From Oligoflexia bacterium (GTDB taxonomy: Bacteria; Bdellovibrionota; UBA1018): DNA of 64,000 bases. Under the pieces are notes generated by a model. That model had not been told where the DNA came from and searched no databases. It was given only the letters and a program-made list of their open reading frames with translations. The stretch spans positions 64,001 to 128,000 of the forward strand of contig CAVWVI010000004.1 in NCBI GenBank assembly GCA_963758495.1, written 5' to 3'. The translations under genes and the position numbers were made by a program. This document shows, one piece after another, positions 28,792 to 39,484 of this stretch (positions are counted from its first letter, which is position 1; each line of letters starts with the position of its first letter).

Positions 28792-30039
28792 TCAGAGACG
28801 ATGGGCTGCGATGTCCTTGAGTACATCCAGAACCGCATCCACTTCCTCATAACTATTTAAAATACCCATAGCAAGCCGGGCATGGGCATTTACATAAGGT
28901 GTCGTAGATGCAATCATTCGCTTCTGTAAAAGCAAATTCACCACTTCCTTAGGATCGCGTCGGGAGAGATCAAAACAAACCATTCCAGACGAAAGTTCCT
29001 GAGACAGCGGAGTATAGAGCGTTAATCCAGGAATCCGAGCCATCTCCCGTTTGCAGTAATGATTGAGGGCGTGAATTCGATCGGTAATGCGTTGTTTTCC
29101 AATTTCAGACTGAAAGTGGAAAGCTTCGGGAAGAGCCCAACGGTGCTCAAAAGCTTGATAACCTCCAGGAGTGCAAAATCGAGCTTGAGTTTCAGGGCGG
29201 CCATCTTCTGGTGTTTTGCCCTCAAGCCAAGATGAAAAAGCGATCATATCATAAGTGGGAATGACGGGAGTAACCCTCGCCCAACCTTCCTGACTGCCCC
29301 AAATCAGCCCAGTTCCACGCGGGCCAAAGAGCCACTTATGACAGCTTGTAAAAAAGAAATCACATCCTAATTCTTCCATCTTAAAATTTTCGATCCCTGT
29401 CGCGTGAACGCCATCCACACAGAGCAGGATTTTCTCTTCAGTACGACGGACTTGATTCACTTCAGATAGGGCTTTAGAAATGGCTGCAATTGGGATCTTG
29501 ACTCCCGTACCAGAATGAACCCAAGTCAGAGCAATCACGCGAGTGGCATGTGAAATACTTTCGATGATCCTCTGACAAATCTGATCTGCATCAGCTTCGC
29601 GAGGGTGATCATAAAGGGCAATTTGCTTCAAGGTAGCACCCGTCTTGCGGGTCGAGAATCTCAATGCCTCTGCGGTGGAGTAGTGATCATGAGTGGTTGT
29701 GAGAACCTCCTCACCAGGCTTCAAATCCAAGCCTGAGTAAATAATACCGAGCCCCTCCGTCGCGCTTTGGGTCAGTGCGATCAAATTGGGATCCGTACCG
29801 AAGAAGAAGGCAGCACTTTGATGGACCCGTATATTGAAAGCATGATCGGGGTTCTGATAAAGATTTACTTGAGTGTAGAGGGCTGGGTTCGAATCCAGAC
29901 CCTTTCGGTGAAGATCGATGGCCCGACGGACCCGTGCGGGATGGGGAGCAATTAAAAAAAGAGCGAAATGAGCATAGTTACGATCCAACTCAAACTCGTC
30001 GCGAAGTTTTTCCCAATCATAGCTGTTCGGAGTGTCCAT
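28792..30039 (-). CDS. Class V PLP-dependent aminotransferase (PvdN/isopenicillin-epimerase-like)
   Basis: TTHDHYS, TWVHSGTGVK, VDGVH, SCHKWLFGPRGTG (PLP Lys). Confidence 0.85.
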   Translation of the reverse strand: MDTPNSYDWEKLRDEFELDRNYAHFALFLIAPHPARVRRAIDLHRKGLDSNPALYTQVNLYQNPDHAFNIRVHQSAAFFFGTDPNLIALTQSATEGLGIIYSGLDLKPGEEVLTTTHDHYSTAEALRFSTRKTGATLKQIALYDHPREADADQICQRIIESISHATRVIALTWVHSGTGVKIPIAAISKALSEVNQVRRTEEKILLCVDGVHATGIENFKMEELGCDFFFTSCHKWLFGPRGTGLIWGSQEGWARVTPVIPTYDMIAFSSWLEGKTPEDGRPETQARFCTPGGYQAFEHRWALPEAFHFQSEIGKQRITDRIHALNHYCKREMARIPGLTLYTPLSQELSSGMVCFDLSRRDPKEVVNLLLQKRMIASTTPYVNAHARLAMGILNSYEEVDAVLDVLKDIAAHRL

Positions 30040-30100
30040 GGACAAACTTATATATCCACCACACGCGATCCGCAACTTTAAGAGTAAAAACCAGTATCCT

Positions 30101-32287
30101 TTATATTTTTATTTTTTTTAATCTCAATGCATTCCCTATCACGGAAATAGAGCTAAAGCTCATCGCAGCGCTTGCGATCATCGGACTTAGAAGCAATCCA
30201 ATCACTGGATAAAGAATTCCAGCCGCAAGGGGGACGCCCAGAAGATTGTAGATCGATGCAAAGAATAAATTCTGCTTGATGTTTTTTAGAGTGATCCGGC
30301 TGAGATGAATGGCTCTGACAATACCTCTGAGATCTCCATGGACCAGCGTAATTGCCGCACTTTGCATTGCAACATCGGAACCCGTTCCCATTGCGATCCC
30401 GACGTGTGCTTGAGCTAATGCAGGAGCATCGTTCACACCATCGCCTGCCATAGCAACGAACTTACCTTGAGATTGGAGAGATTTTATCATCTGGATCTTC
30501 TGATCGGGTGAAACTCCAGCTATAACCTGTTCAATTTCTAGCTCGCGAGCAACAGCACGGGCCGTATCAGTGTGGTCACCCGTAAGCATTACAATTTCGA
30601 TTCCTTCCTTTTTCAGAAGCTTTACCGCTTCATAAGACGTAGCTTTAACTGGGTCGGTGATTCCTAATAAGCCAACTGGCTTTCGGTCAAACGCAATCAT
30701 CACCACGGTCTGACCTTTCTCGCGAAGCTGATGGGCTCTTTCTTTGAGTGAATCATAGACAATGTGCATACTTTCAAAAAGATTCTGATTCCCCAAGAAC
30801 ACAGCAACATGATCCACTCGTCCTGTGACGCCTTGACCTGTAATCGATTGAAAGTTCTCCACATTTTCAGAGAATTGCACGCCCCTCTCTTTCGCTCCCT
30901 GAATAATCGCGGTAGCCAGAGGATGTTCACTCCCTTTTTCCAAGGTGGCTGCCTTGATCAAGATTTCATTCTCATCAAAACCAGGCAACGCCATAATTGA
31001 AACCAATTTGGACTTACCCACAGTTAAAGTTCCAGTCTTGTCCACAACCAGGGTGTTCACTTTTTCGAGAGCTTCAAGCGCTTCCGCATTCTGAATTAAA
31101 ATTCCAGCTCGAGCTCCACGACCCATACCCACCATAATGGACATAGGAGTGGCCAATCCGAGGGCACATGGACACGCAATAATCAAAACAGCGACTGCGT
31201 TGACTAAAGCATGCGCATATCGAGGCTCAGGCCCAAAATAACCCCATACAATTGCAGTGATCAAAGCCGCGAGAAGGACAGCAGGCACAAAGTACCCTGC
31301 GACCTGGTCTACAACTCGTTGAATGGGTGCGCGACTCCGCTGAGCTTCACTCACTTGACGAACCATTTGCGCAAGCAGAGTTTCCGACCCAACTCGCTCA
31401 GCTTTCATGATAAAGCTTCCAATATCGTTTAGTGTTCCAGCCTTGACTGAATCACCGACATCTTTCTCAACTGGAATAGATTCTCCCGTCATCATGGATT
31501 CATCAATCGAACTTTTTCCTTCCAAGATTTTTCCATCTACCGGGATTTTTTCGCCTGGCCGCACACGAAGACGATCTTCCTTTTTAATCAACTCAACTGA
31601 GATATCCTCCTCGCCTCCCCCTTCGCGTACAATTCTGGCCGTTTTTGGAGCAAGATTAAGAAGAGAGCGGATTGCTTCACTGGTTTGACCTCTCGCACGA
31701 AGCTCAAGAACTTGTCCCAGTAAAACGAGTGTAACAATCATCGCGGCGGATTCGAAGTATACCGGAATACTCCCACTAGGACCGTAAAAAGACGAGGGAA
31801 AAATCCCAGGAAAAAAGATTGCAACAACACTGTATAAATAAGCGACTCCTGTACCTAGGGCAATCAGTGTGAACATATTCAAATTTCGGTTCACGATTGA
31901 TTTCCATCCTCTGTAAAAAAGAGGCCACCCACACCCGAGTACAACGGGCGTACTGAACACAAGCTGAATCCAAGGGAGCCACTTGCGAGAGATTCCCGTT
32001 TCAAATAACATTCCGCGTATTTCGGGTATCATATCGAACATCGCTATAAGGAAAAGTGGCAATGAAGCGACTACCGCAACCTTAAGACGTTTAGACATAT
32101 CCGAAAGTTCTGGATTTTGTGATTCCTCTAGAGTCACTTCGACAGGTTCCAATGCCATTCCGCAATTTGAGCAATGACCCGGCCCTACCTGCCTGATCTC
32201 AAGGTGCATAGGACAGATATAAACCGCATTTGGATCCTGAGACATCGTCTGGGGTTCATGTGATACGCAGTGACTGCACTTTTCCAT
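30101..32287 (-). CDS. copA: Copper/silver-translocating P1B-type ATPase
   Basis: N-terminal YICPMH...CGMAL domain; CPC, DKTGT, SEHPL, GDGVND, YN...P and MSFSS motifs. Confidence 0.9.
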   Translation of the reverse strand: MEKCSHCVSHEPQTMSQDPNAVYICPMHLEIRQVGPGHCSNCGMALEPVEVTLEESQNPELSDMSKRLKVAVVASLPLFLIAMFDMIPEIRGMLFETGISRKWLPWIQLVFSTPVVLGCGWPLFYRGWKSIVNRNLNMFTLIALGTGVAYLYSVVAIFFPGIFPSSFYGPSGSIPVYFESAAMIVTLVLLGQVLELRARGQTSEAIRSLLNLAPKTARIVREGGGEEDISVELIKKEDRLRVRPGEKIPVDGKILEGKSSIDESMMTGESIPVEKDVGDSVKAGTLNDIGSFIMKAERVGSETLLAQMVRQVSEAQRSRAPIQRVVDQVAGYFVPAVLLAALITAIVWGYFGPEPRYAHALVNAVAVLIIACPCALGLATPMSIMVGMGRGARAGILIQNAEALEALEKVNTLVVDKTGTLTVGKSKLVSIMALPGFDENEILIKAATLEKGSEHPLATAIIQGAKERGVQFSENVENFQSITGQGVTGRVDHVAVFLGNQNLFESMHIVYDSLKERAHQLREKGQTVVMIAFDRKPVGLLGITDPVKATSYEAVKLLKKEGIEIVMLTGDHTDTARAVARELEIEQVIAGVSPDQKIQMIKSLQSQGKFVAMAGDGVNDAPALAQAHVGIAMGTGSDVAMQSAAITLVHGDLRGIVRAIHLSRITLKNIKQNLFFASIYNLLGVPLAAGILYPVIGLLLSPMIASAAMSFSSISVIGNALRLKKIKI

Positions 32288-32328
32288 AGTAGCAAGGAAG
32301 AAGGTAAATCCTCCGTTCTCCGTTCAAT

Positions 32329-32994
32329 TTAGGAGCGCTTAACTTTTCGATTTTTCAAAATTGGAAAATCAAAAAAATCCACCACTCCAGTTTCTATATC
32401 GTACTCGGCTCCCACGATCATCAACTCATTGTAGCGAACCATGTCTTCGAGAAATCGACTTGCATGGCGAAGATGGTTCGCGGACGCGAGAACGTTGGCC
32501 CGAACAGCATCACGGAGGATCTCTTCCCGTTTATATAAGCCTTTTTTACGTGAAACCAGGCGATGAATATGGGGCTGGATCCGTTCGACAATATCGTGAA
32601 TATTCTCAGAGAGAACCGGTTTTTTGCCTTCGACCGCATCGAAAGTAGCCCGAATAGCTCCGCATTGCGTATGACCCATGACAACCACCAGTCGAGCCTG
32701 CGTTGTCGCCGCTGCAAACTCCACGCTTCCAATCAACGAGGGTGCAACCACATTTCCTGCAACACGAATCACAAACAAATCTCCCAGGCCCTGATCAAAT
32801 AGTATTTCGGCGGGTGCGCGTGCATCTGAGCACGACAGAATGATCGCAAAAGGACCCCGAGATTTGAGCATAAGATTGCGAACATTGCGGTGCACAGCCA
32901 GGAGTCCAGTACTACGGTTTTTGACGAAACGTCTGTTTCCCTGTCTTAGACGGAGTAATGCTTGAGGAGCTAGGATCGACCTTGATTTTGTCAT
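32329..32994 (-). CDS. Beta-class carbonic anhydrase
   Basis: L..GN.RF, CSDAR, FDQGLGDLFVIRVAGN, HTQCGA. Confidence 0.9.
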   Translation of the reverse strand: MTKSRSILAPQALLRLRQGNRRFVKNRSTGLLAVHRNVRNLMLKSRGPFAIILSCSDARAPAEILFDQGLGDLFVIRVAGNVVAPSLIGSVEFAAATTQARLVVVMGHTQCGAIRATFDAVEGKKPVLSENIHDIVERIQPHIHRLVSRKKGLYKREEILRDAVRANVLASANHLRHASRFLEDMVRYNELMIVGAEYDIETGVVDFFDFPILKNRKVKRS

Positions 32995-33154
32995 CTTGAG
33001 CAGGAATCTGCCATGAAATCGTAGGGATTCCAAGAACGCTTTTAATTTGGTTTGTAAAATGCCATCAATAACTCACTCTCCGCACCTCCTGCTAGAAACG
33101 CATGAAGGCACGGAGATGAGCAGAATAAAAGAATATTTGTACCGCTACCGCTAC

Positions 33155-34807
33155 TTATTGAACCATAAATACTTGATCAGTCCCGCCTGTACAATCTGAC
33201 TGAATGACTGGAATACTGCCTGATGAGTACGCAGATGATATATCTAGGCATTTTCCGCTATTTTTCGCAACTATCTCATAAGTCCCATCGAGATTTGTCT
33301 TCAAATCAAAGTTCTGGTTTGTACTTCCATTACATTCACTGCCCACTAAACTAGCTCCGTTATAAACAGACGCTCGGTAAACACTTAAACAAAGCCCTGA
33401 GCTAGCATTTGTAATCATGTAAGAAGTATCTGCATTTTGAATCAGCTGATATTTTTGCATCAAACTTCCTGTACACTGAGTCAGGTACAGGGTCGAAACT
33501 CTCGAGGACCTGCCCGAGCTAGACAGACTCATACAAGCTTGATTCATTCCATTTATAATTTGATAAGTTTGATTAGGATTAAAGGTCGGTACTGGAGTTG
33601 GAACTGAACTGGGCACAGGAGAAGGCGACGGAATAGGAGATGGCAGTGAGGAAGGTGATGCCGTAGGCACCGGTGCCGGCGATGGACCATTTAAATAGCT
33701 TGCACCCTTTACATAAGTCACTTCGTTAGCTATGCCGCAAGTATTGCCTCCCATCTGGAGTTGAATATATCCTTGAACTCCCCAATCCGTACCCCACTGA
33801 TTTCTGACAAGCCAATAAGGACTCCCGCTGGATGGAGTTCCATAACCTACTAATTGAGCACAGTGATTCATAGAGTTCCAATCCGAAGAACAATTAGCAG
33901 GAGCGATCACTCCGCCGGTGTAGTACTGCCAGGTACTTGCAACTATACATACAGAAGCCGGACCTGATGTTGCGATTTGTTGCTGAATTGAAGCTTCTTG
34001 GGCTGCTTGATTGCTGCAACTGAGATCCTCAGAGTCTCCGCAAGATGGGATAGCAAACCGATAACCCGTAAGATGACCAACCACAGCTGAAGAATTGTAA
34101 TTACAACTTCCTGTTTGGCCGCTTGATCCAGAAGTATAAGGATAACTCGATTCTAGCTGAACTCCTTGACTCACCAGGTACTCATAGGCACTTACTGGAT
34201 CCCCACCGTTACAGCCGCTATCACTTGTCGAGCAGCTATTAACCTGCTGCACAGAAAGAAGCGGAAGCTGTCCAGTACTGAGAAAAATAGCTGTCTCTAA
34301 TTCTTCAGTCACAGTGAATGCCCAACAGGACCCGCATTGCCCTTGGTTTTTAACCGCAGAAACTGCGCCTTGCTGTCTCCAATCAACATTAGCCGGAACT
34401 GATTTTTTGCCCACAGCACCTAAAATAGATGGACCTACGGTTTCAATTTGAGCGTCGCTTATTCCGTGTCGAAAATTCAAATAAGTATTTGAAAATTCGA
34501 CCGGTGTAAGATCAGAAAACTGATTAATTCCAAACGGAGTATCACCATTCATATCTTTATTTTTCGAGTTTAATTCTTCAATCTTAGCTAGATTTCTTTT
34601 GAAAGCATTGTATCGTGAATTGTCTTCGCCTCCACCGTAGCGTCTATTATATTTATATTTAAATTCGCTCCACTTTTGTTTTGCGACTTCATCAGAGACC
34701 TCCCAAGAGCGATTTGCATTTGTGACATTTGCTGCAAAAACGTCTGTGAAACTGACGATTAGACTAAGACAAATTATTGAAAAATAATAATTTTTTGATC
34801 TTTTCAT
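33155..34807 (-). CDS. Secreted papain-family (C1A) cysteine protease: I29 prodomain, Pro/Ser linker, C-terminal ricin-B lectin
   Basis: Signal peptide; RYNAFKRN and GINQFSDLT prodomain; QGQCGSCWAF, NHCAQLVGYG, RNQWG; ricin repeats (SGLCL..NQNF, SGKCLDI..DQVF). Confidence 0.9.
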   Translation of the reverse strand: MKRSKNYYFSIICLSLIVSFTDVFAANVTNANRSWEVSDEVAKQKWSEFKYKYNRRYGGGEDNSRYNAFKRNLAKIEELNSKNKDMNGDTPFGINQFSDLTPVEFSNTYLNFRHGISDAQIETVGPSILGAVGKKSVPANVDWRQQGAVSAVKNQGQCGSCWAFTVTEELETAIFLSTGQLPLLSVQQVNSCSTSDSGCNGGDPVSAYEYLVSQGVQLESSYPYTSGSSGQTGSCNYNSSAVVGHLTGYRFAIPSCGDSEDLSCSNQAAQEASIQQQIATSGPASVCIVASTWQYYTGGVIAPANCSSDWNSMNHCAQLVGYGTPSSGSPYWLVRNQWGTDWGVQGYIQLQMGGNTCGIANEVTYVKGASYLNGPSPAPVPTASPSSLPSPIPSPSPVPSSVPTPVPTFNPNQTYQIINGMNQACMSLSSSGRSSRVSTLYLTQCTGSLMQKYQLIQNADTSYMITNASSGLCLSVYRASVYNGASLVGSECNGSTNQNFDLKTNLDGTYEIVAKNSGKCLDISSAYSSGSIPVIQSDCTGGTDQVFMVQ

Positions 34808-35334
34808 ATCTATCCATCCTCTATTGGCCCTGTATTGATTTTTTATTTTTGACAACATTATTAGATTATAAAAAAATCATAACTTAGAAAGTTATTCTTT
34901 AAGTAATACTTTTTAATTATTATTTTTAAAATAAATCGACATAAAACAGACAAGCGGCCAACACTTTATCAATAGTGCTGAAAATTATTCAATAAAATTT
35001 AATCCCTAAGGCTCCTCAAGAGTAACCCCTGTAAGGAGCCCTAAAGGAACTGTTCGCCCTCAAGAGCACTACATATAGATGACTGAGTCGTTCTTAACTT
35101 GATTATTTTTGCACTTTTCTCGAACTTGCTTTCCCATGAGCTCTTTCAAAAACATCCCTATATTTATTGATCGCAACTTGAATAATCCTAAATGCCTCTT
35201 TTTGATCTCCAAAACCTTCAACCTTTACACGTTTCTTCTCTAGTACCAACTATACTTAGCTTATTTTATCTAAGTATCAAATGTGAGGAGAAGTGAATGC
35301 CCAACTAAAAAATAGATAAAAATCTTTATAACCC

Positions 35335-37079
35335 CTAATTATAAACATAAGAATAAGAGGAAGAGTTATACCCTGCTCCGTTATAAAAATAAGTAAAAGA
35401 ATAGGTTATAACGGCACCAGCATTCAGCCCTGGAATTTGCTGCTCCCAAGTTGCAGCTGATAACTGCATCCTGTAGTTCATCTGAAGACCTCCATTCACC
35501 TGATAGTGAATATCTACCCAGTCGAATGGAGAAGTAGGTGTCAAATTAACCTGAACCACTCCACCTCCTACCACTTGAACCGACTGCTTAAAAGCGGTAC
35601 TAGGTGGGACCGGTGTTGGTGTTGGTGTTGGTGTTGGTGTTGGTGTTGGTGTTGGTGTTGGTGTTGGTGTTGGTGTTGGTGTTGGTGTTGGTGTTGGTGT
35701 TGGTGTTGGTGTTGGTGTTGGTGTTGGTGTTGGTGTTGGTGTCGGCGTCGTGGTGTCGGCGTTGGTGTTGGTGTCGGTGTCGGCGTTGGTGTTGGTGTTG
35801 GCGTTGGCGTTGGTTGACTGGAATTTGGACAATAGGTAATTACATAGTTCACAGAATTCACACTATTTTGCATGCTTGTACAAGTGAATGTACTACTCAT
35901 ATCATCAAAGGGGTAAGTATAAGCTGTCGGACAACCCTTTTTAAGCCATTCTAATGTTGGTTTTACAAAGGTTAACCATGTAGAATTCTGATTCTGACAT
36001 TGTTGCGTTAACGGAAAAGATGGTGCCATTAAGCCATCTTGATCCCAATTTACACAACCGCAACAATTGGCTGCAGCTCCATTTTGATAACAAGAAGGAA
36101 TTCCAGCATCGCAGGCATATAAATCTTTTAAAGCTAAATCCCCCAAAGTTCCTGCTGACCAAGTTTGCGTGCAATTAAAAGGTAATCCATAGTCAGATTG
36201 AACTCCACAAACCTCGTCAGCAGTCCAATAACCGAGTAGAGAACCACAAGTTTTTTGTAAGAGTGAGCTCATACCTGGATTAAAGCTAAGTCCACAAACT
36301 TGAGAAGTAGGACAATCACTATTCAGGGAACAGGTTGTGCCACCTTGGGTTACCCATTGATAGTCATTGCTAGGCGGAGTAAAGGTCCAAGAGCAAGAAC
36401 CCAAAAGTGCTGACGATGGGGTCACGGCTCCTGGGCTTCCACAATTATAAGGATTTGCCGAAGGACTACTCGTAGCTAGAACTGGCGACATCTGAATAGG
36501 AATATTAAACCCATTAATAATTTCTACGTCGTAAAAATCAGAGGCCCCTGTTTGCAAAGTAAACTCTGCTTGAGTGGCAGGCTGTTGAAATCCCTGACCG
36601 GGTTTACACTCTGACAGACCATTGTCGCCACAGTCTGCCGTTTGACATGTACCTCCAGAACAATTTGTACGACCACTCACAGCTCCGCTCCAAATCAGGC
36701 CTGATCCGGTATTATAGTTGGTCAAGGTAACGGAGTTAGTTCCCCCATTAGGGGCCAACTCATAGGTACCATCACTCGGCTGAGGATTATTCCAAAAACA
36801 CTGTTGAATAGCTCCCGTTTGAATACACGTTGACCCTGGATAACAATCGTTACTGGAATTACAAAGGGTACCTCCTATTTTACTTTGAACTGATCCGCCC
36901 GCAAAACCAAACCACACAGGATAGGAGCAGCTATTAACAAAAGTAACAGTTCTCGAACCCGCTACATTTGTCTTTACTGCTAAATCTGTCTTTACTTTAG
37001 AATATACAAAATGAGTAGAGAAGCACGACAGAAAAAATAAACTAGAAAGACCATAATAAAATACTCTATTGTACTTCAT
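35335..37079 (-). CDS. Secreted thaumatin-like protein + PT linker + CBM56-like beta-1,3-glucan-binding module, frameshifted inside the linker
   Basis: TFVNSCSYPVW, GRTNC, PATQAEFTL, DFYDVEIINGFNIP, CPTAYTYPFDD. After the frame change near 35750 the PT linker continues into 'WVDIHYQVNGGLQMNYRM...ITYSFTY' ending at 35335. Confidence 0.8.
35612..35814. repeat. Hexamer tandem repeat (GGTGTT)n encoding the Pro-Thr linker
   Basis: About 21 perfect GGTGTT units from 35612, then degenerate GGYGTY units, with a 2-bp out-of-register GT at 35750-35751. Confidence 0.95.
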
Positions 37080-37594
37080 GATTTCATGATCCTTTTAAGT
37101 TATATTTAATTATTAACCTCAGTAACTATCCCCGAATCCGAACTAAGGTTATTAAAGTATATAATATTTCACTAAATTCATTATAAAAAATTTAATTAAA
37201 ACCAAGACTCTCAACTGCCCACAGAAAACTACTCAAATTTTATTTAACTATTATTATCACGCGATTTTGACGGCACTTAATTACCAATGAACGTTGACAA
37301 CACGAATACGTTATCCATCCGGAATCAAAGAGATTTAGCAGTTTGCTTTTAGGGAAGGCAAAAAAATGCCGTATATGAATACAAAGCAGCAATTAACTGA
37401 GCATCAGAAAGCAATGTGTCATTGACAGGTAATGTCAAGATAACAAACTGCGATAGAGATTTGGGTTTTTATAGCTGCGTCGACGCACAATCGTGGTCAA
37501 ACCCAGTTATTAGCTCTTGCGATGCCTGTGACTCTCAATCAAATTAAGACTATTAATTCCGATCAACGAGTCGATCGACCCAAGGAGAATTCTT

Positions 37595-38296
37595 ATGATG
37601 CAAATCAGAAAATCAGAAGAACGAGGACACACTCAACAGGGGTGGCTAGACAGCCACCATACGTTTTCATTTGCGAATTACTACGATTCACACTTTACGG
37701 GGTTTCATGACCTCACTGTGATTAATGAAGACCGTGTAATTCCAGGTGCAGGGTTTGGAACCCACGGCCATAAAGATATGGAAATTATTTCTTATATAAT
37801 CGAAGGAGCCTTAGAGCACAAGGACAGTCTGGGAACTGGCTCAGTTTTAAAACCGGGCTATGTGCAACGAATGAGCGCTGGAACGGGAGTGCGTCACAGC
37901 GAGTTTAATCATTCTAAAACAAAACCTTTGCATTTCTTACAGATTTGGATTCATCCTGAGAAGAAAGGGCTCAAACCGAGTTACGAAGAGAAAAGCTTTT
38001 CAGCAGATGAGAAAAAGAACCAGCTCAGATTGATTGTATCGCCTAAAGGAACTCAAAGCTCATTAAAAATCAATCAAGACACCTTAGTGTACGCGACGCT
38101 TTTAGATCCAGGTAAAACCGTTTCTCATATTCTTAAACCAGGACGCCATGCTTGGGTTCAAATCGTTCGAGGAATTTTAAAGATCAATGGCAAGACTCTG
38201 AGCGCAGGGGATGGGGCTGCATTTGAAGAGGAGCAGAAGATCGACCTGATAGCTCAAAAGCAAGCCTCTGAAGCGTTGGTTTTTGATCTTCCTTAA
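37595..38296 (+). CDS. Pirin-family protein (YhhW-like)
   Basis: GWLDSHHTFSF, GFGTHGHKDMEI, MSAGTGVRHSEFN, LQIWI. RBS AAGGAG. Confidence 0.92.
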   Translation: MMQIRKSEERGHTQQGWLDSHHTFSFANYYDSHFTGFHDLTVINEDRVIPGAGFGTHGHKDMEIISYIIEGALEHKDSLGTGSVLKPGYVQRMSAGTGVRHSEFNHSKTKPLHFLQIWIHPEKKGLKPSYEEKSFSADEKKNQLRLIVSPKGTQSSLKINQDTLVYATLLDPGKTVSHILKPGRHAWVQIVRGILKINGKTLSAGDGAAFEEEQKIDLIAQKQASEALVFDLP

Positions 38297-38393
38297 GAGG
38301 AGGGGACCAGTACGGTGCTCCTATAATTTTATAGTGCATTTTGAATAACAATTCAATTGTATTAGTATATTTCTAATGATTAAATAAATACTT

Positions 38394-39479
38394 ATGAACA
38401 AGCTCTCTCCATTCATAATACTCTCTACAATATTCTGCATAGGCATATGTTTCGACGCTCAAATGAGTATTGCAGGATTAACAAAGCAACAAAGAAAATC
38501 TCAAATTTTTTTGAAAGCCTTTATGGAAATCAACGGACTTGCCGTGGAACCTGGAACGTTTTATAACGAAATAAAACCTTTCATCGGAAATGCTAGCTAC
38601 ATTTATGAACAAGGCCATCGCGAAAATCGCGAATGTCTCAATAAAGACTTTAAACGAACTTTAACGACCTATTATAACGGCCTACAAGCGAGGAGAAGTG
38701 AACTAGAAAAACTTAAAGAAGAGACAGCTCAATTTCTTGCCAAAAACAAAAAAAGCTTTTTCTTTAAGAAAAAACAAACTTCATATTCAACAGATCAGAA
38801 TTCGGCAGAGTACTTGACAAAGCTCACAAAAGAGAAAAAAAAAGTTCTTAATGAATTGAACTTTAATCCCGTTATTTCTGAAGATAATGATAAAAATCTA
38901 AAGCAAGTTAAGATTTTAATGGATGCAATCCAAAAAAAATCTAAAAAGTTTTTTTCATTAATGGATAACCTTATTAAATTAAACAATCAACGCGCAACTC
39001 AACGCTCCAATTTCATAAATGAAAAAAATATGAAAAAGAAAAAAGCGTTTTTAGCTAAATACTTTAAAATTCAAAATGAATTAAATTTAGCCATTCTTAA
39101 AATTAACGAGAACGATGATTTTGGTAGAAGAATAGATAAAACCCCACTCCTTGGGGATAGTAGTCGATCCTATTTTATTACATACCCATCAAAAGCAAAT
39201 TTTAAATCTACCTTTGACACTACAGAAGCTGAGATGAAAAAAGGAACTCTCACTTTTAAAGATTGTAAAAAGCAATTTCAGAACTATTTTAATGAACTGA
39301 CTCAATCTTTGATTGTACCACCAACTCCGATAGCTTCTGGGACCGAAGATTCCAGAAGCTCAATGAGCTCTGCTTCATGCCCTCCCAATACAGTCAGTCC
39401 ACTAAAGACCTCAAATACAAATGAAATTAAAAAAACATTAGATACTATCAACTCTCAGATCAAGATTGAAGGAAGATAG
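38394..39479 (+). CDS. Secreted Lys/Asn-rich helical hypothetical protein
   Basis: 361-aa ORF with signal peptide and coiled-coil-like composition; AT-rich. Confidence 0.55.
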   Translation: MNKLSPFIILSTIFCIGICFDAQMSIAGLTKQQRKSQIFLKAFMEINGLAVEPGTFYNEIKPFIGNASYIYEQGHRENRECLNKDFKRTLTTYYNGLQARRSELEKLKEETAQFLAKNKKSFFFKKKQTSYSTDQNSAEYLTKLTKEKKKVLNELNFNPVISEDNDKNLKQVKILMDAIQKKSKKFFSLMDNLIKLNNQRATQRSNFINEKNMKKKKAFLAKYFKIQNELNLAILKINENDDFGRRIDKTPLLGDSSRSYFITYPSKANFKSTFDTTEAEMKKGTLTFKDCKKQFQNYFNELTQSLIVPPTPIASGTEDSRSSMSSASCPPNTVSPLKTSNTNEIKKTLDTINSQIKIEGR

Positions 39480-39484
39480 GCAAA

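Noticed and set aside
35506..35954. ORFs with (WC)n, (VL)n, (GV)n and (HQ)n tracts
   Set aside because: Alternative-frame or antisense readings of the GGTGTT repeat that encodes the PT linker.
37423..37439. Palindrome TTGACA-GGTAA-TGTCAA between the thaumatin and pirin genes
   Set aside because: Could be an operator, but it is a single 6-bp-arm palindrome with no cognate regulator nearby.
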